Made by a program: the position numbers and the translations under genes. The notes under the pieces were generated by a model that was not told the origin of the DNA, did not search any database, and saw nothing but the letters and a program-made list of their open reading frames with translations. A stretch of 59,184 nucleotides of DNA, the filler included. It is 5 parts of 5 records of this genome, joined end to end, with 100 filler letters (N's around TTAATTAATTAA, not from the genome) between each part and the next. Parts side by side here need not be neighbours in the genome. Positions count along the whole stretch, not along the records: positions 1 to 17,114 come from SRR31156797_7345; positions 17,215 to 29,812 come from SRR31156797_7346; 3 more parts are not named here. One strand, written 5' to 3'. The first letter of the stretch is position 1. The number at the start of each line of letters is the position of its first letter. Shown piece after piece: positions 11,201 through 19,554 of the stretch.

Positions 11201-11532
11201 CTTTTATTGGGTTCTAAATATCCAAAATCACCCGTAGATCCTAAATAAATTCGCCCAAAACTATCAATATCCATTGATCTTACTGCAGCATTCAATCCTA
11301 CCTGAATATGACGCCAGTTTACACCATCATATTGATACAAACCATCATTTCCTCCAAAATACATAACATCTCTTGAATCTTGCATAATGGACCATATTTG
11401 AGGGCTTCCATTATATTCAGAAGGGTCGTAATTTTTTATAAATGGCTGACCATTTTGAGAAAAAACATGCGTTGAAAATAGAAGAAGCGGTATAAGCAAA
11501 CACCAGATTTTAATAGTGTATTTTTTATCCAT
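8257..11532 (-). CDS. Membrane sensor phosphatase: beta-propeller + Y_Y_Y + TM + SpoIIE domain
   Basis: YTNLPPGEYVFQV, PPWY-TM, VSGDFYW, ADCTGHGVPGA, FSDGYIDQ, QIDDIL. Start moved to MDKKY (11532), which begins a signal peptide and removes the overlap with the divergent gene. Confidence 0.9.
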   Translation of the reverse strand: MDKKYTIKIWCLLIPLLLFSTHVFSQNGQPFIKNYDPSEYNGSPQIWSIMQDSRDVMYFGGNDGLYQYDGVNWRHIQVGLNAAVRSMDIDSFGRIYLGSTGDFGYLEPNKSGKLEFISIAKKYLDSTKLDFSDIWTTFIMDGRAYFCSNTALFVYDKTSKDPLSIINGNFFLMYKSKGKLMVFKQPGGMQEIVHDSLIPLPGGSTFWTMFMLPYDEQSFLIGNSGDGIQVYNPNAQTDEPFVSTQNFDAEKIKTTNKFLKKNQVYAGSQINKDYYAIATIRAGIAIINRSGEIVQIIDKNGGLQSQTVHTLFVDRQLQIWAGLTYGISRLELNSPITIFNASNNLEGSIYNVGRHNQQIYASTNLGLFMLKNDAFIGVPKLSGTDAIQVFELKSMHIGNKKRLMIGATSGVWEVDGLKATNINLNTPFFLHQSNTNPNKLFGVDDGYLISFEFKSGQWSNTDTLLFVGYNAFIGVIDKQDKVWLIDNGKPAYIDLNSDEYRIDYNVGDMPDNLEINNIKLEKDKLQFLTNKGLFEFDEGNHKILKSETIIGQKTEGKSLLQITSVSDSEHWILYNNAQRNNIASIKIDKGKVIYDSISFKRLQNFESFIADGDSLMWIISPKSLFQFRMNKKSISENGPSLIRKFQVGRDSILFYGSFYSNIDNEKVMIADQTKDFIPELDFDHNNVTFEFALPFYDNENANQYKYRLIGSKIDQWSEWSNNTRKEYTNLPPGEYVFQVMARNIYGLKTKTSSYYFSVAPPWYLGWYMIILYVLLGLFTLWLIIKIYTKRLEADKKRLEKIVTERTAEIMQQKEEILTQAEYLKDANKQINIQNEELIDKNKQVTDSIQSASRIQNAMLPELENLESLLPSHFVFFQPRDIVSGDFYWIRKVNQNILIAVADCTGHGVPGAFVSMLGISLLNEIVRKKDVNSAAEVLEQMRIEVKNNLKQKGKVSDIREGIDMAFCSFNIDTNELNYAGAYNPLFLVRNGELIEYKGTRNPIGIHRFEKPFKNEYIKIESGDKIYLFSDGYIDQTGGSKLKKYKSARFKDLLVKTSEKNMKEQGLTLKEELNNWKGEGEQIDDILVVGVGF

Positions 11533-11704
11533 TGCTAAGAATTTTATGCAGTAATAACCAATAAAAGTAAACTTTTTGAAATTATTTTCTGCTAAGAACA
11601 TGTTAATAATACCCATAAACAGCTTAGGAGTGCAAACCCTGACAAAACTCATTGATTTCCTCAAATTAATCAACCATTTTAACAAAAAATTAAATATACC
11701 CGAT

Positions 11705-14700
11705 ATGTACAAAATAACAGAACACCCTATTATTGATATAGAACAGGGAAAAGAAGTCTATTTTACCTATAATGGTCAAAAGATTAAGGCCGAAGAAGGA
11801 AAAACCATTGCTGCAGCTTTGCACCAGGCAGGTTTTCCTGTACATAGTCATAGTTTAACCAATCGTAATCGCAGTCTTGAGTGCGGAATTGGTAAATGTG
11901 GTGCCTGTGAAATGCTCGTGGATGGTCAAATTAGAAGAATTTGTATCACAAAAGTAGATAACGTAACTGAAGTTAAAGAAGTACCACAAGATTATGAGCC
12001 AGCAGTAACTAAATACAAAAATCAAGATGCTGTTGAAATATATAAAACTACAGTTGCTATTGTTGGTGCTGGTCCTGCCGGTTTAGCGGCCAGAGCGCTT
12101 CTAAATGAGCATAACATAGATAATTTAGTAATTGATAATAATGACACAATAGGTGGCCAGTTTACCATGCAGACCCACCAGTTTTTCTTCTTTGAAAATG
12201 AGAAAAAATTTGGTGGTATGCGGGGATTTGATATTCCAAAAGAATTGACTGTTGACAATGATGAAGGTATTTTGCTAAACTCTACTGTTTGGGATTTACT
12301 TGATGGAAAACGTCTGGCAATTAAAAACATTAAAACAGATAAAATTTATTATGTAGATGCTGAGCATTTGGTTATAGCTACCGGTGCGGTGCCATTTATG
12401 CCATCATTTGAAAATGATGATTTACCCGGTGTATATACAGCTGCTGTTGTTCAGAAAATGATGAATAATGAGCTTACACTTTTAGGTAAAAATATATTAA
12501 CCGTAGGTGCAGGTAATATTGGGTATTTAACCTCCTATCAGGCAGTTCAGGCAGGTGCAAATGTTAAGGCTATTGTGGAAGCACAACCTCGCGAAGGTGG
12601 TTTTCCTGTGCAGGCAAACAGGGTGCGTCGCCTGGGTATCCCTATTTATTTATCTCATATCTTAGTAAAAGCTATACCTAATGAGGACCATACAGGTATT
12701 ATTGGAGCTGTAGTTGCTGAAGCAGAGAACTTTAAACCCGTTCCAGGTACAGAACGCGTAATTGAAGGTATTGATACCATTAATATTTGCACCGGACTAG
12801 TACCAGATGATGCAATATTGCGCAAAGGTAAAGAGGTTTTTGGAAGAAATGTATATGGTGCCGGAGATGCTATACGAATTGGCGAAGGAACCAGTGCAGT
12901 GCTACGTGGAAAGCAAGTCGCATATGAAATACTAGAAGAATTAGGTGCTCATTATAACTATGACGATTACTTAAAGTTATCTAAAGAATACATTGATTCA
13001 CAGCAACATCCTATTCAAATTATCGATGAACCAGAGCTTCCTACCAGGGAAAGAATGGACAAACCATTCGTTATTGCAGACTGTACTTATGGGTTTGCAT
13101 GTAACCCTTGTGCATTCTCTTGTCCACACGATGCCATTACAAAATCATCATCAAGTACAGTGCCTGTAATTGATTTTGATAAATGTGTAGGCTGTATGCA
13201 GTGCGTTACATTATGTCCTGGATTGGCTATTTTTGGTTATAATTTTAAAAAAGACTGGCTTTTCTTACCTGTTGAATACGATGTAGAAGAAGGATGTGAT
13301 GTTATTTTAGTTAATAATGATGGACAAAAGGTTGGTACAGGAGTACTAGAAAAGATCGTTAAAAAGCCAAACAAAACAAACCTGGCCCGTGTTAAAGCCA
13401 ATGATATACATGGCGAAGATTTAGTTAATGCAAGAGGTTTTATAGTTGCAGATAACTACCCTGAGGGTGTGGAATTTAATCCGTCCTCAAATAATATTGA
13501 ATCAAAAGAATTTATTTGTCATTGTGATGATGTAACGATGGACGAAGTAATGAAAGTTATTGGCGATCGTAAATTCATTTCAGTAGATGAAATTAAACAT
13601 ACCACGCGCCTTGGAATGGGTGCTTGCCGTGGGAAACGTTGCATCAAGCGTTTAAAAACCGCATTAGCAGGTTCTGGTATACAAGTGGTCGGAGAAGCTA
13701 CTCCTCGCGGACCAATGTCGAATCAGGTTAGTATGGGTGAAGTTTACCCAAATGATGTACATGAAAAAGTAATCCCAAATTTAAACGGACAAAAAATTGA
13801 AACTATTGAAACCAATGTATTGGTAGCAGGTGGTGGAATTGGTGGTAGTGCCCTATTCCGTTATTTTGCTGAAGCTGGTGAAAATCCAATCTTGATTAAC
13901 TATGAAAGAGGTTCTTCATGGCGAAATATTGCAGGTGGACGTCCTGTATTTAGCGTGCCAGAATTAGCTGATATTGCAGCTAATAACCGTGTAATTTTCC
14001 AGGAGCTACAGCAAATTTCAGAGATTCACATGACAGACATCAATTATGTGACCCTGGCTCACGATAAGGCGACGTATGACGCATTGGAAGCTTCAAAAGC
14101 ATGGAGCGATGCCTTTATGATTGAGCCAAAAGATTTCCCAAAATATATTGCTCCAGGATTTAGCACAAGTAACGATAAATATATGTCGGCACTGGTAACC
14201 AAAGACTGCTGGCAGGCAACACCGGGATTGGTAATTGATTTAATCCGTAAAATTGGTATTCAAAATGGTGGTCAAATTCATGAAGATGCCAAGCTCATTG
14301 ACCTTGAAAAGACAGATAAAGGCTATATTGCTTTAGTTAAGTCTCACGAAGGAAAATACATCAAATATAAATGTAAACATTTCGTAAATGCATTGGGTGG
14401 AAATGCAGGTGAATTTGCTGACAAATTAAACATCGATACAGGTTTATTCCCTGTAAAGCATCAGGCATTTATAACACGCCGATTGCCTAATTTAGGTGTA
14501 AATAACCAACCATTAAACATGGTGATTGATCGAAGAAAATATAAAGGTTTTACTGCAGTTTATGGACAGCAATTGGCTGAAACAGGTCAAATAATTGGTT
14601 GCGCCTCTCCTGCTATTGAGCCTTTAGAAACAGATAAAAACCTTAAAATCAATGACAAAAACTTCTTCGAAATTGTATCAGAAGTATTTGTAGATTGGTT

Positions 14701-14935
14701 GCCTGAGCTTTCCTCTGTTGGATTCCAGGCTGTGTGGTCAGGTTATTATGTAGAACCACGCATGATTATTGATCCTGCAAATGGATTATTTGTTGGATTA
14801 CGAGGACAAGGATTTATGTTGGGAATGTATCTGGCTAAATTATATGTAGATGCCATAACAGGTAAATCTACACCAGATTATCTTGAGCGACTATCAATAA
14901 ATGGAGACGGTTTACAAGAGAAAGCATTCAAATAA
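11705..14935 (+). CDS. Fused multi-domain oxidoreductase: [2Fe-2S] + FAD/NAD(P) reductase + 2x[4Fe-4S] + BFD-like [2Fe-2S] + DAO-family FAD domain (sarcosine oxidase / proline dehydrogenase / HcnABC-like)
   Basis: CGIGKCGAC..C, VGAGPAG, VGAGNIG, CNPCAFSCP and CVGCMQCVTLCP, ICHC..TRLGMGACRGKRC, VAGGGIGG, GLRGQGFMLG. Start taken at MYKITEHP. Confidence 0.85.
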   Translation: MYKITEHPIIDIEQGKEVYFTYNGQKIKAEEGKTIAAALHQAGFPVHSHSLTNRNRSLECGIGKCGACEMLVDGQIRRICITKVDNVTEVKEVPQDYEPAVTKYKNQDAVEIYKTTVAIVGAGPAGLAARALLNEHNIDNLVIDNNDTIGGQFTMQTHQFFFFENEKKFGGMRGFDIPKELTVDNDEGILLNSTVWDLLDGKRLAIKNIKTDKIYYVDAEHLVIATGAVPFMPSFENDDLPGVYTAAVVQKMMNNELTLLGKNILTVGAGNIGYLTSYQAVQAGANVKAIVEAQPREGGFPVQANRVRRLGIPIYLSHILVKAIPNEDHTGIIGAVVAEAENFKPVPGTERVIEGIDTINICTGLVPDDAILRKGKEVFGRNVYGAGDAIRIGEGTSAVLRGKQVAYEILEELGAHYNYDDYLKLSKEYIDSQQHPIQIIDEPELPTRERMDKPFVIADCTYGFACNPCAFSCPHDAITKSSSSTVPVIDFDKCVGCMQCVTLCPGLAIFGYNFKKDWLFLPVEYDVEEGCDVILVNNDGQKVGTGVLEKIVKKPNKTNLARVKANDIHGEDLVNARGFIVADNYPEGVEFNPSSNNIESKEFICHCDDVTMDEVMKVIGDRKFISVDEIKHTTRLGMGACRGKRCIKRLKTALAGSGIQVVGEATPRGPMSNQVSMGEVYPNDVHEKVIPNLNGQKIETIETNVLVAGGGIGGSALFRYFAEAGENPILINYERGSSWRNIAGGRPVFSVPELADIAANNRVIFQELQQISEIHMTDINYVTLAHDKATYDALEASKAWSDAFMIEPKDFPKYIAPGFSTSNDKYMSALVTKDCWQATPGLVIDLIRKIGIQNGGQIHEDAKLIDLEKTDKGYIALVKSHEGKYIKYKCKHFVNALGGNAGEFADKLNIDTGLFPVKHQAFITRRLPNLGVNNQPLNMVIDRRKYKGFTAVYGQQLAETGQIIGCASPAIEPLETDKNLKINDKNFFEIVSEVFVDWLPELSSVGFQAVWSGYYVEPRMIIDPANGLFVGLRGQGFMLGMYLAKLYVDAITGKSTPDYLERLSINGDGLQEKAFK

Positions 14936-14960
14936 AATAAATCAGAAATTTAGTTAGCGC

Positions 14961-14990
14961 AAAAACGCTGCTCGAAAGGGCAGCGTTTTT
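14961..14990. terminator. Bidirectional intrinsic terminator
   Basis: AAAAACGCTGC-TCGAAAGG-GCAGCGTTTTT between convergent genes. Confidence 0.85.
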
Positions 14991-15924
14991 ATTTTTTATT
15001 TTCGATCCAAATGTGTTTATACTTCTTACTTAAAAATGTCCATGCCACTATCCTACTTTTTTTATTACCCCTATTCTGCTCAACTACTTTATAATCTGCT
15101 ACCTGAACCCCACGTAAGGCTTGAATAATTTTGGGCATACTCTTTTCAGAAGATACAAGGCTAGAAAACCAAAATACATTTGATGCAAACTGTTTACTTT
15201 CACGAATCAATTTTGTTATAAAAGCCAACTCTCCTCCTTTGTACCAAAGCTCCTTTCCTATACCTCCAAAATTGAAATTGGTTTTAGTGTCTCTATTGCC
15301 TGAAAGATTTCTACTTTTTCGAGTGTTCGCTTTGATGGCTTCTTCCTCAGAGGTAAAAAATGGAGGATTACACATGGTACAATCAATTAAATCATTGAGT
15401 TGAATTATATCCTTCAGTATATTATCCGGATTTGACTGTTTTCTGATTTGTATTTTGTTCTCAAGCCTTCTATTCTGTGTAATTATCCATTCAATATTTT
15501 GAATCGCTATTTGATCTGTTTCCGAGGCGATAAAACGCCAATTATATTCACTAATTCCAATGATTGGATAAATACAATTAGCTCCTGCTCCTATGTCCAA
15601 ACAAGCTATTTTAGAATTCTTAAGGTTTATATCATAACTTTCCTTTAATAAATCAGCCACAGCATGTACATAATCAGCTCTTCCAGGTACAGGAGGGCAA
15701 AGATAACCTTCCGGGATATTCCATTCATTCAGGCCATAATCTAATAGTAAAACAGCACGGTTTAGTTCTTTAACAGCACCTGAGTTACCAAAATCAATAG
15801 TCAATCGGTTTGACTTACCCGTATGGACATATTGATTTAATTGAGGATTAACTTCAATGAGTTTCTCAAAATTGTAGGTACCCTGATGTTTATTGTTTGA
15901 ATGAAACCTCTGAAGATTAGCCAT
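14989..15924 (-). CDS. rlmF: 23S rRNA m6A1618 methyltransferase
   Basis: YLCPPVPGRADY, LDIGAGANCIYP, MCNPPF, NFGG..ELW..GGELAF, SRIVAWTF. Confidence 0.93.
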   Translation of the reverse strand: MANLQRFHSNNKHQGTYNFEKLIEVNPQLNQYVHTGKSNRLTIDFGNSGAVKELNRAVLLLDYGLNEWNIPEGYLCPPVPGRADYVHAVADLLKESYDINLKNSKIACLDIGAGANCIYPIIGISEYNWRFIASETDQIAIQNIEWIITQNRRLENKIQIRKQSNPDNILKDIIQLNDLIDCTMCNPPFFTSEEEAIKANTRKSRNLSGNRDTKTNFNFGGIGKELWYKGGELAFITKLIRESKQFASNVFWFSSLVSSEKSMPKIIQALRGVQVADYKVVEQNRGNKKSRIVAWTFLSKKYKHIWIENKK

Positions 15925-15927
15925 TTA

Positions 15928-16392
15928 TCAGTCTTTTCTGTATTTCAATTGCATACCTTTCAGAAAATTACGCAAATATTGATCCTGACATTCACGGTAT
16001 TTGGCATGATCAGTTTTTCTGAAAAAGGCACTCAACTCTGGCTTACTCACTTTTAGACCAGCTTTTTCAAATATACTGATCATATCTTCATCCTTCAGAT
16101 TGAGAGCAATTTTTAATTTCCTCAAGATTATATTATTCGTTAAACGTCTTTCTGGTATAGGCTTAAGTCCTTCTTTTTCGCCTCGATTAAAAGCAATTAA
16201 ACCATTTAAAAATGCTGCTAAGTATTGATCAGTCATAGGTTTCATTTGTTCATCATCATCTTTTTTAAGCCAATCACTAACTTGAGAACGGCTTACAACA
16301 AAATCTCCCATTGAGAATAATTCTATCATGCGTTCATCGTAAAAATCGAAAGTATACCTTATTCTTCTTAAAATATCGTTATTACTTAGCAT
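15928..16392 (-). CDS. DUF1456 (YehS-like) protein
   Basis: NNDILRRIRY, FLNGLI, TNNIILRKLKIALNL, ELSAFFRK, YRECQDQYLRNFL. Confidence 0.9.
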   Translation of the reverse strand: MLSNNDILRRIRYTFDFYDERMIELFSMGDFVVSRSQVSDWLKKDDDEQMKPMTDQYLAAFLNGLIAFNRGEKEGLKPIPERRLTNNIILRKLKIALNLKDEDMISIFEKAGLKVSKPELSAFFRKTDHAKYRECQDQYLRNFLKGMQLKYRKD

Positions 16393-16413
16393 AACATTAA
16401 AATTAAATTTCTA

Positions 16414-16421
16414 CAAAAATA
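16414..16421 (-). promoter_or_regulatory. Bacteroidota -7 promoter element for the DUF1456-rlmF genes
   Basis: TATTTTTG on the minus strand, 21 nt upstream of the ATG at 16392. Confidence 0.55.
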
Positions 16422-16560
16422 CGATTTCATTTCTATGATTAGCTTCATCTATATTTAAAATACACTTCAGTCTACCAAAAACCACATATAGACGTGCAAA
16501 TAATTAGTTAATAAATTATTAAATAGTTATCCTGATTGTGTTTTTTAAACTTTTTTGTTA

Positions 16561-16568
16561 TATTTTTG
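16561..16568 (+). promoter_or_regulatory. Bacteroidota -7 promoter element with no downstream CDS
   Basis: TATTTTTG on +, with a TTG at 16536-16538 near the expected -33 position. Confidence 0.5.
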
Positions 16569-16571
16569 TAA

Positions 16572-16649
16572 ACGGCATCCGGAATTTGAAATTTTATTAA
16601 ATCCGTGGGGTGAAGTAAGCAGTACAAATTAGTATTGCTTGCTTTTTTT
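16572..16649 (+). ncRNA. Candidate ~78-nt small RNA of unknown family
   Basis: Lies between a + strand promoter element and a + strand terminator. It is a GC-richer patch that folds as CATC/CGGA-ATTTGA...TTAAAT-CCG/GGGTG and has no ORF. Confidence 0.4.
16613..16649 (+). terminator. Intrinsic terminator, U-tail on the + strand
   Basis: AAGTAAGCAGTAC-AAATTA-GTATTGCTTGCTT followed by a T run. Confidence 0.7.
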
Positions 16650-17114
16650 ATTTTCTGGAGTCCTCAACCATTTTCTGAAGGTGCTGAACTTCTGTCTGAC
16701 TTAGATAACGCCATTTACCAACAGGAACATCCAATTGCACATTCATAATTCTGACTCGTTTTAATTTTACTACTTTATATCCAAAATATTCACTCATTCT
16801 GCGAATTTGTCTATTTAATCCCTGTGTAAGCACAATCTTAAATTTGAATTTAGAAATCTTTTTAACATGGCATTTTCTGGTAACAGTATCCAATATGGGA
16901 ACACCATTACTCATACCTGACAAAAACTCATCAGTAATAGGCTTATTTACAGTTACTTCATATTCCTTTTCGTGAAAATTTCCGGCCCGTAGAATTTTGT
17001 TTACTATATCTCCATCATCAGTTAGAAAAATTAAACCCTCACTGGGCTTATCCAGTCTGCCAATGGGAAAAATTCTACTCGGGAAATTGATAAAATCAAT
17101 AATATTATCTTTTT
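16648..17114 (-). CDS. rluF: 23S rRNA pseudouridine synthase, RluF/RluB family (5' end truncated by contig end)
   Basis: The frame extends beyond the ORF call: [43 protein letters not shown] ... [12 protein letters not shown]. Confidence 0.85.
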
Positions 17115-17214
17115 NNNNNNNNNNNNNNNNNNNNNNNNNNNNNNNNNNNNNNNNNNNNTTAATTAATTAANNNNNNNNNNNNNNNNNNNNNNNNNNNNNN
17201 NNNNNNNNNNNNNN
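17115..17214. other. Artificial contig spacer
   Basis: N-run + TTAATTAATTAA (stops in all six frames) + N-run. Confidence 0.99.
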
Positions 17215-17892
17215 AATCTCTTTTAAAAGGATCTCTTTTTCATCTAAGGATTTTTTTAGTTTTTGATTGATAGATGTTATTTTGTTTTTATAAATGTGTC
17301 TTTGAGTAGTATCTCTTCCAAATGCACATACATAATCTTTCCCTGCGTGGGTAAATCCATGACCAGTGACTTCTATATCTATGATTGTTCCATCTTTTCT
17401 TTTTTGAGTAGTTTCTAAGGACCAATCTTTAGAATTAAATATTTCATTGATAATATCTATAGCTCCTTGTCTATCAAAGTTATAATCCATCTTTTCTAAA
17501 GGTTGTCCTAAAAGCTCCTCTTTTTTATACCCCAACATATTACAAGTTGCATCATTTACATAGACAAATTTAGCATCAAGTGTAAACCAATAAATAGCAT
17601 CAACAGAGTTATCTAATGCAAACTCATAGGGCACTAATCTCTCTTTATCATTATCTTTTAATTCAGTATATGAGTTGTCCAAACGCTCATAAATAATTAC
17701 AAGAAATAATATGATCCCCGTATAACTTAAAACAATAAGCATTATAGTTAGTGGGGTAAGGTTTGTAAGTTCATTACATTCATTATATATAGTTACTAGG
17801 TTATTGATGAATATAACCCCTAAACCTAATAAGAGGATATATATAGTTACTAATTTGATTCTAAGTGTTTTTTTATGATCTCTATTTTTCAA
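17215..17892 (-). CDS. Membrane PAS sensor histidine kinase, HisKA_2/HWE type (3' truncated)
   Basis: Two TM helices, a PAS domain (YVNDATCNMLGY..KRKDGT) and SLDEKEILLKEI, which in this family precedes HHRVKNN. TTG start. Confidence 0.75.
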
Positions 17893-17952
17893 AAACTATC
17901 CCATTGTAACATTTTAAATATTTTAACAGAAAATAAATTTTTTTTTTAAGAA

Positions 17953-17985
17953 TGCGAAAGTTTTGCGACTTTTTTCATTTAAGAT
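17953..17985 (+). promoter_or_regulatory. Putative dmpK promoter: TGCGA direct repeat (11-bp period) plus -10-like TAAGAT
   Basis: TGCGA at 17953 and 17964, TAAGAT at 17980-17985, SD AAGGAG before the ATG at 18016. Confidence 0.5.
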
Positions 17986-18015
17986 TCATTTGTCTAAGTT
18001 CAAAAAGGAGTTTTT

Positions 18016-18246
18016 ATGTATGAACTAATGCCAAATGAAAAAAAATTCGTGCAAATTATTGAGATTAAAGATAATGGATTTGTAGAGTTTTATTTTGCTG
18101 TTGGTGAGGCAGAGATGAACGTTGAGTTACTTCTGCCATACAGAGCCTTTATTGAGTTTTGCGGGAACAATAGAGTCTCTTTTGTCACTAAAGAGCAAGA
18201 GCAAGCGTTGAAAGTCAGTAATGAGATTTGGAAAAATGGACTTTAA
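18016..18246 (+). CDS. dmpK: Phenol hydroxylase assembly protein P0
   Basis: GFVEFYFAVGEAEMNVELLLPYRAFIEFC..NRV; first gene of the operon; good SD. Confidence 0.9.
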   Translation: MYELMPNEKKFVQIIEIKDNGFVEFYFAVGEAEMNVELLLPYRAFIEFCGNNRVSFVTKEQEQALKVSNEIWKNGL

Positions 18247-18263
18247 AATATGAAGGAGAAAAT

Positions 18264-19256
18264 ATGGAATTAAACATTGCAAATATTGAGATTGAGCCAA
18301 AAAGACACACTTTTGCTCATATAGCTAGAAGGTTTGGTGAGGATAGACCAGCATCAAGATATGAAGAAGCTGTTTATGATGCACAAGCAACAGACAATTT
18401 TCACTACAGACCACTTTGGGAGCCAGAGTTTGAAATATATGATGTAGGAAGAACAGCTATCAAGATGGATGATTGGTATAAGCTTCTTGATCCTAGAAAG
18501 TTTCATTATATGACATATGTTTCTACAAGAGCAAAAGAGAATAGTGCAAACCAACAAAGTTTTGATTTTGTTGAAAAAAATGGATTGGTCAATAAAATAA
18601 GTGATACCATGAAAGAAAAAATCTATAAATATCTTGCTCCATTAAGACATTATGAATATGGTGCAAACCTAAATAATTTGTCTATCGTATCAAGAGGGTA
18701 TGGAACAGCCTTAAACTCTGGGGCATTATTTTATGCAACAGATAGTTTAGGTATGGCACAACATGTTACAAAAACAATATTAGCAATTTCAAGTAATGAT
18801 ACTACTGTATTGGATGGTGCAAAAGAGGCTTGGATGAGTGATGCAGATTGGCAACCTCTACGAGAGCTCATGGAAAATACAATGGTTATAAAAGATCCTA
18901 TTGAGATTTTAATAGCACAAAATGTTGCTCTTGATGGTATGGTAATCCCTTTACTTGTAAAGGAGTTCTCAGCTGAACTTGCAAAAAGTGGAGAATATAC
19001 TGTTCAAATGTTAGTTGATTTTATTTCAACTTGGCAGGAAAGTACTACGAAATGGCTGGATGCACTAGTAAAAGTGATGGCAGATGAATCTCAAGAGAAT
19101 AAAGATCTGTTATCTCAATGGGCAAAAGAGTATATAGAAAAAGCAAAAACGGCACTGAGTCCTTTATCAACATTTACCAACAATGAAGATCTATTATCAG
19201 AAATAGAACAAGCTTTAGTAAATAGACTCAATAAAACTGGTCTAAACATTAATTAA
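18264..19256 (+). CDS. dmpL: Phenol hydroxylase beta subunit P1
   Basis: PKRHTFAHIARRFG..RPASRYEEA, NFHYRPLWEP, DPR, LAPLRHYEYGANLNN. Start at MELNI after SD AAGGAG. Confidence 0.95.
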   Translation: MELNIANIEIEPKRHTFAHIARRFGEDRPASRYEEAVYDAQATDNFHYRPLWEPEFEIYDVGRTAIKMDDWYKLLDPRKFHYMTYVSTRAKENSANQQSFDFVEKNGLVNKISDTMKEKIYKYLAPLRHYEYGANLNNLSIVSRGYGTALNSGALFYATDSLGMAQHVTKTILAISSNDTTVLDGAKEAWMSDADWQPLRELMENTMVIKDPIEILIAQNVALDGMVIPLLVKEFSAELAKSGEYTVQMLVDFISTWQESTTKWLDALVKVMADESQENKDLLSQWAKEYIEKAKTALSPLSTFTNNEDLLSEIEQALVNRLNKTGLNIN

Positions 19257-19265
19257 GGAGAGAAT

Positions 19266-19541
19266 ATGTCAAAAAGTATTGCGTTATTATGTGTTCAGGC
19301 TACTGACGAGGGAAGAACTATCGCTGAGGCTATCAAGGTAGATAATGAGGGTATAAAAATCACAAATAAGCCTGCCATGATCCAAATAGAAAGAGAAGGG
19401 GAGATCGTAATAAAAGCAGATACCGTTTCTGAAGCTTTAGGAAGAGAGTGGGAAACTGAAGAGTTACAGCTTATTTTGATCTCAACAGGTGGTCAAATAG
19501 ATGAAGATGAAGATCAATTTGTAGTTTATTGGAATAGTTAA
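19266..19541 (+). CDS. dmpM: Phenol hydroxylase regulatory (effector) protein P2, MmoB/DmpM family
   Basis: R.IAEAI..DN, PAMIQIE, LGREW, LISTGGQIDEDED; operon position. Confidence 0.93.
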   Translation: MSKSIALLCVQATDEGRTIAEAIKVDNEGIKITNKPAMIQIEREGEIVIKADTVSEALGREWETEELQLILISTGGQIDEDEDQFVVYWNS

Positions 19542-19554
19542 AAAGGAGAAGATT

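Noticed and set aside
11533-11712. Head-to-head overlap of the 1151-aa and 1119-aa ORFs
   Set aside because: Artifact of longest-ORF calling; the plausible starts (11532 and 11705) leave a normal divergent intergenic region.
17952-17967. sigma54 promoter upstream of dmpK (..TGCGAAAGTTTTGC)
   Set aside because: TTGC is present but the -25/-24 positions read TG, not the near-invariant GG. The direct-repeat reading fits better.
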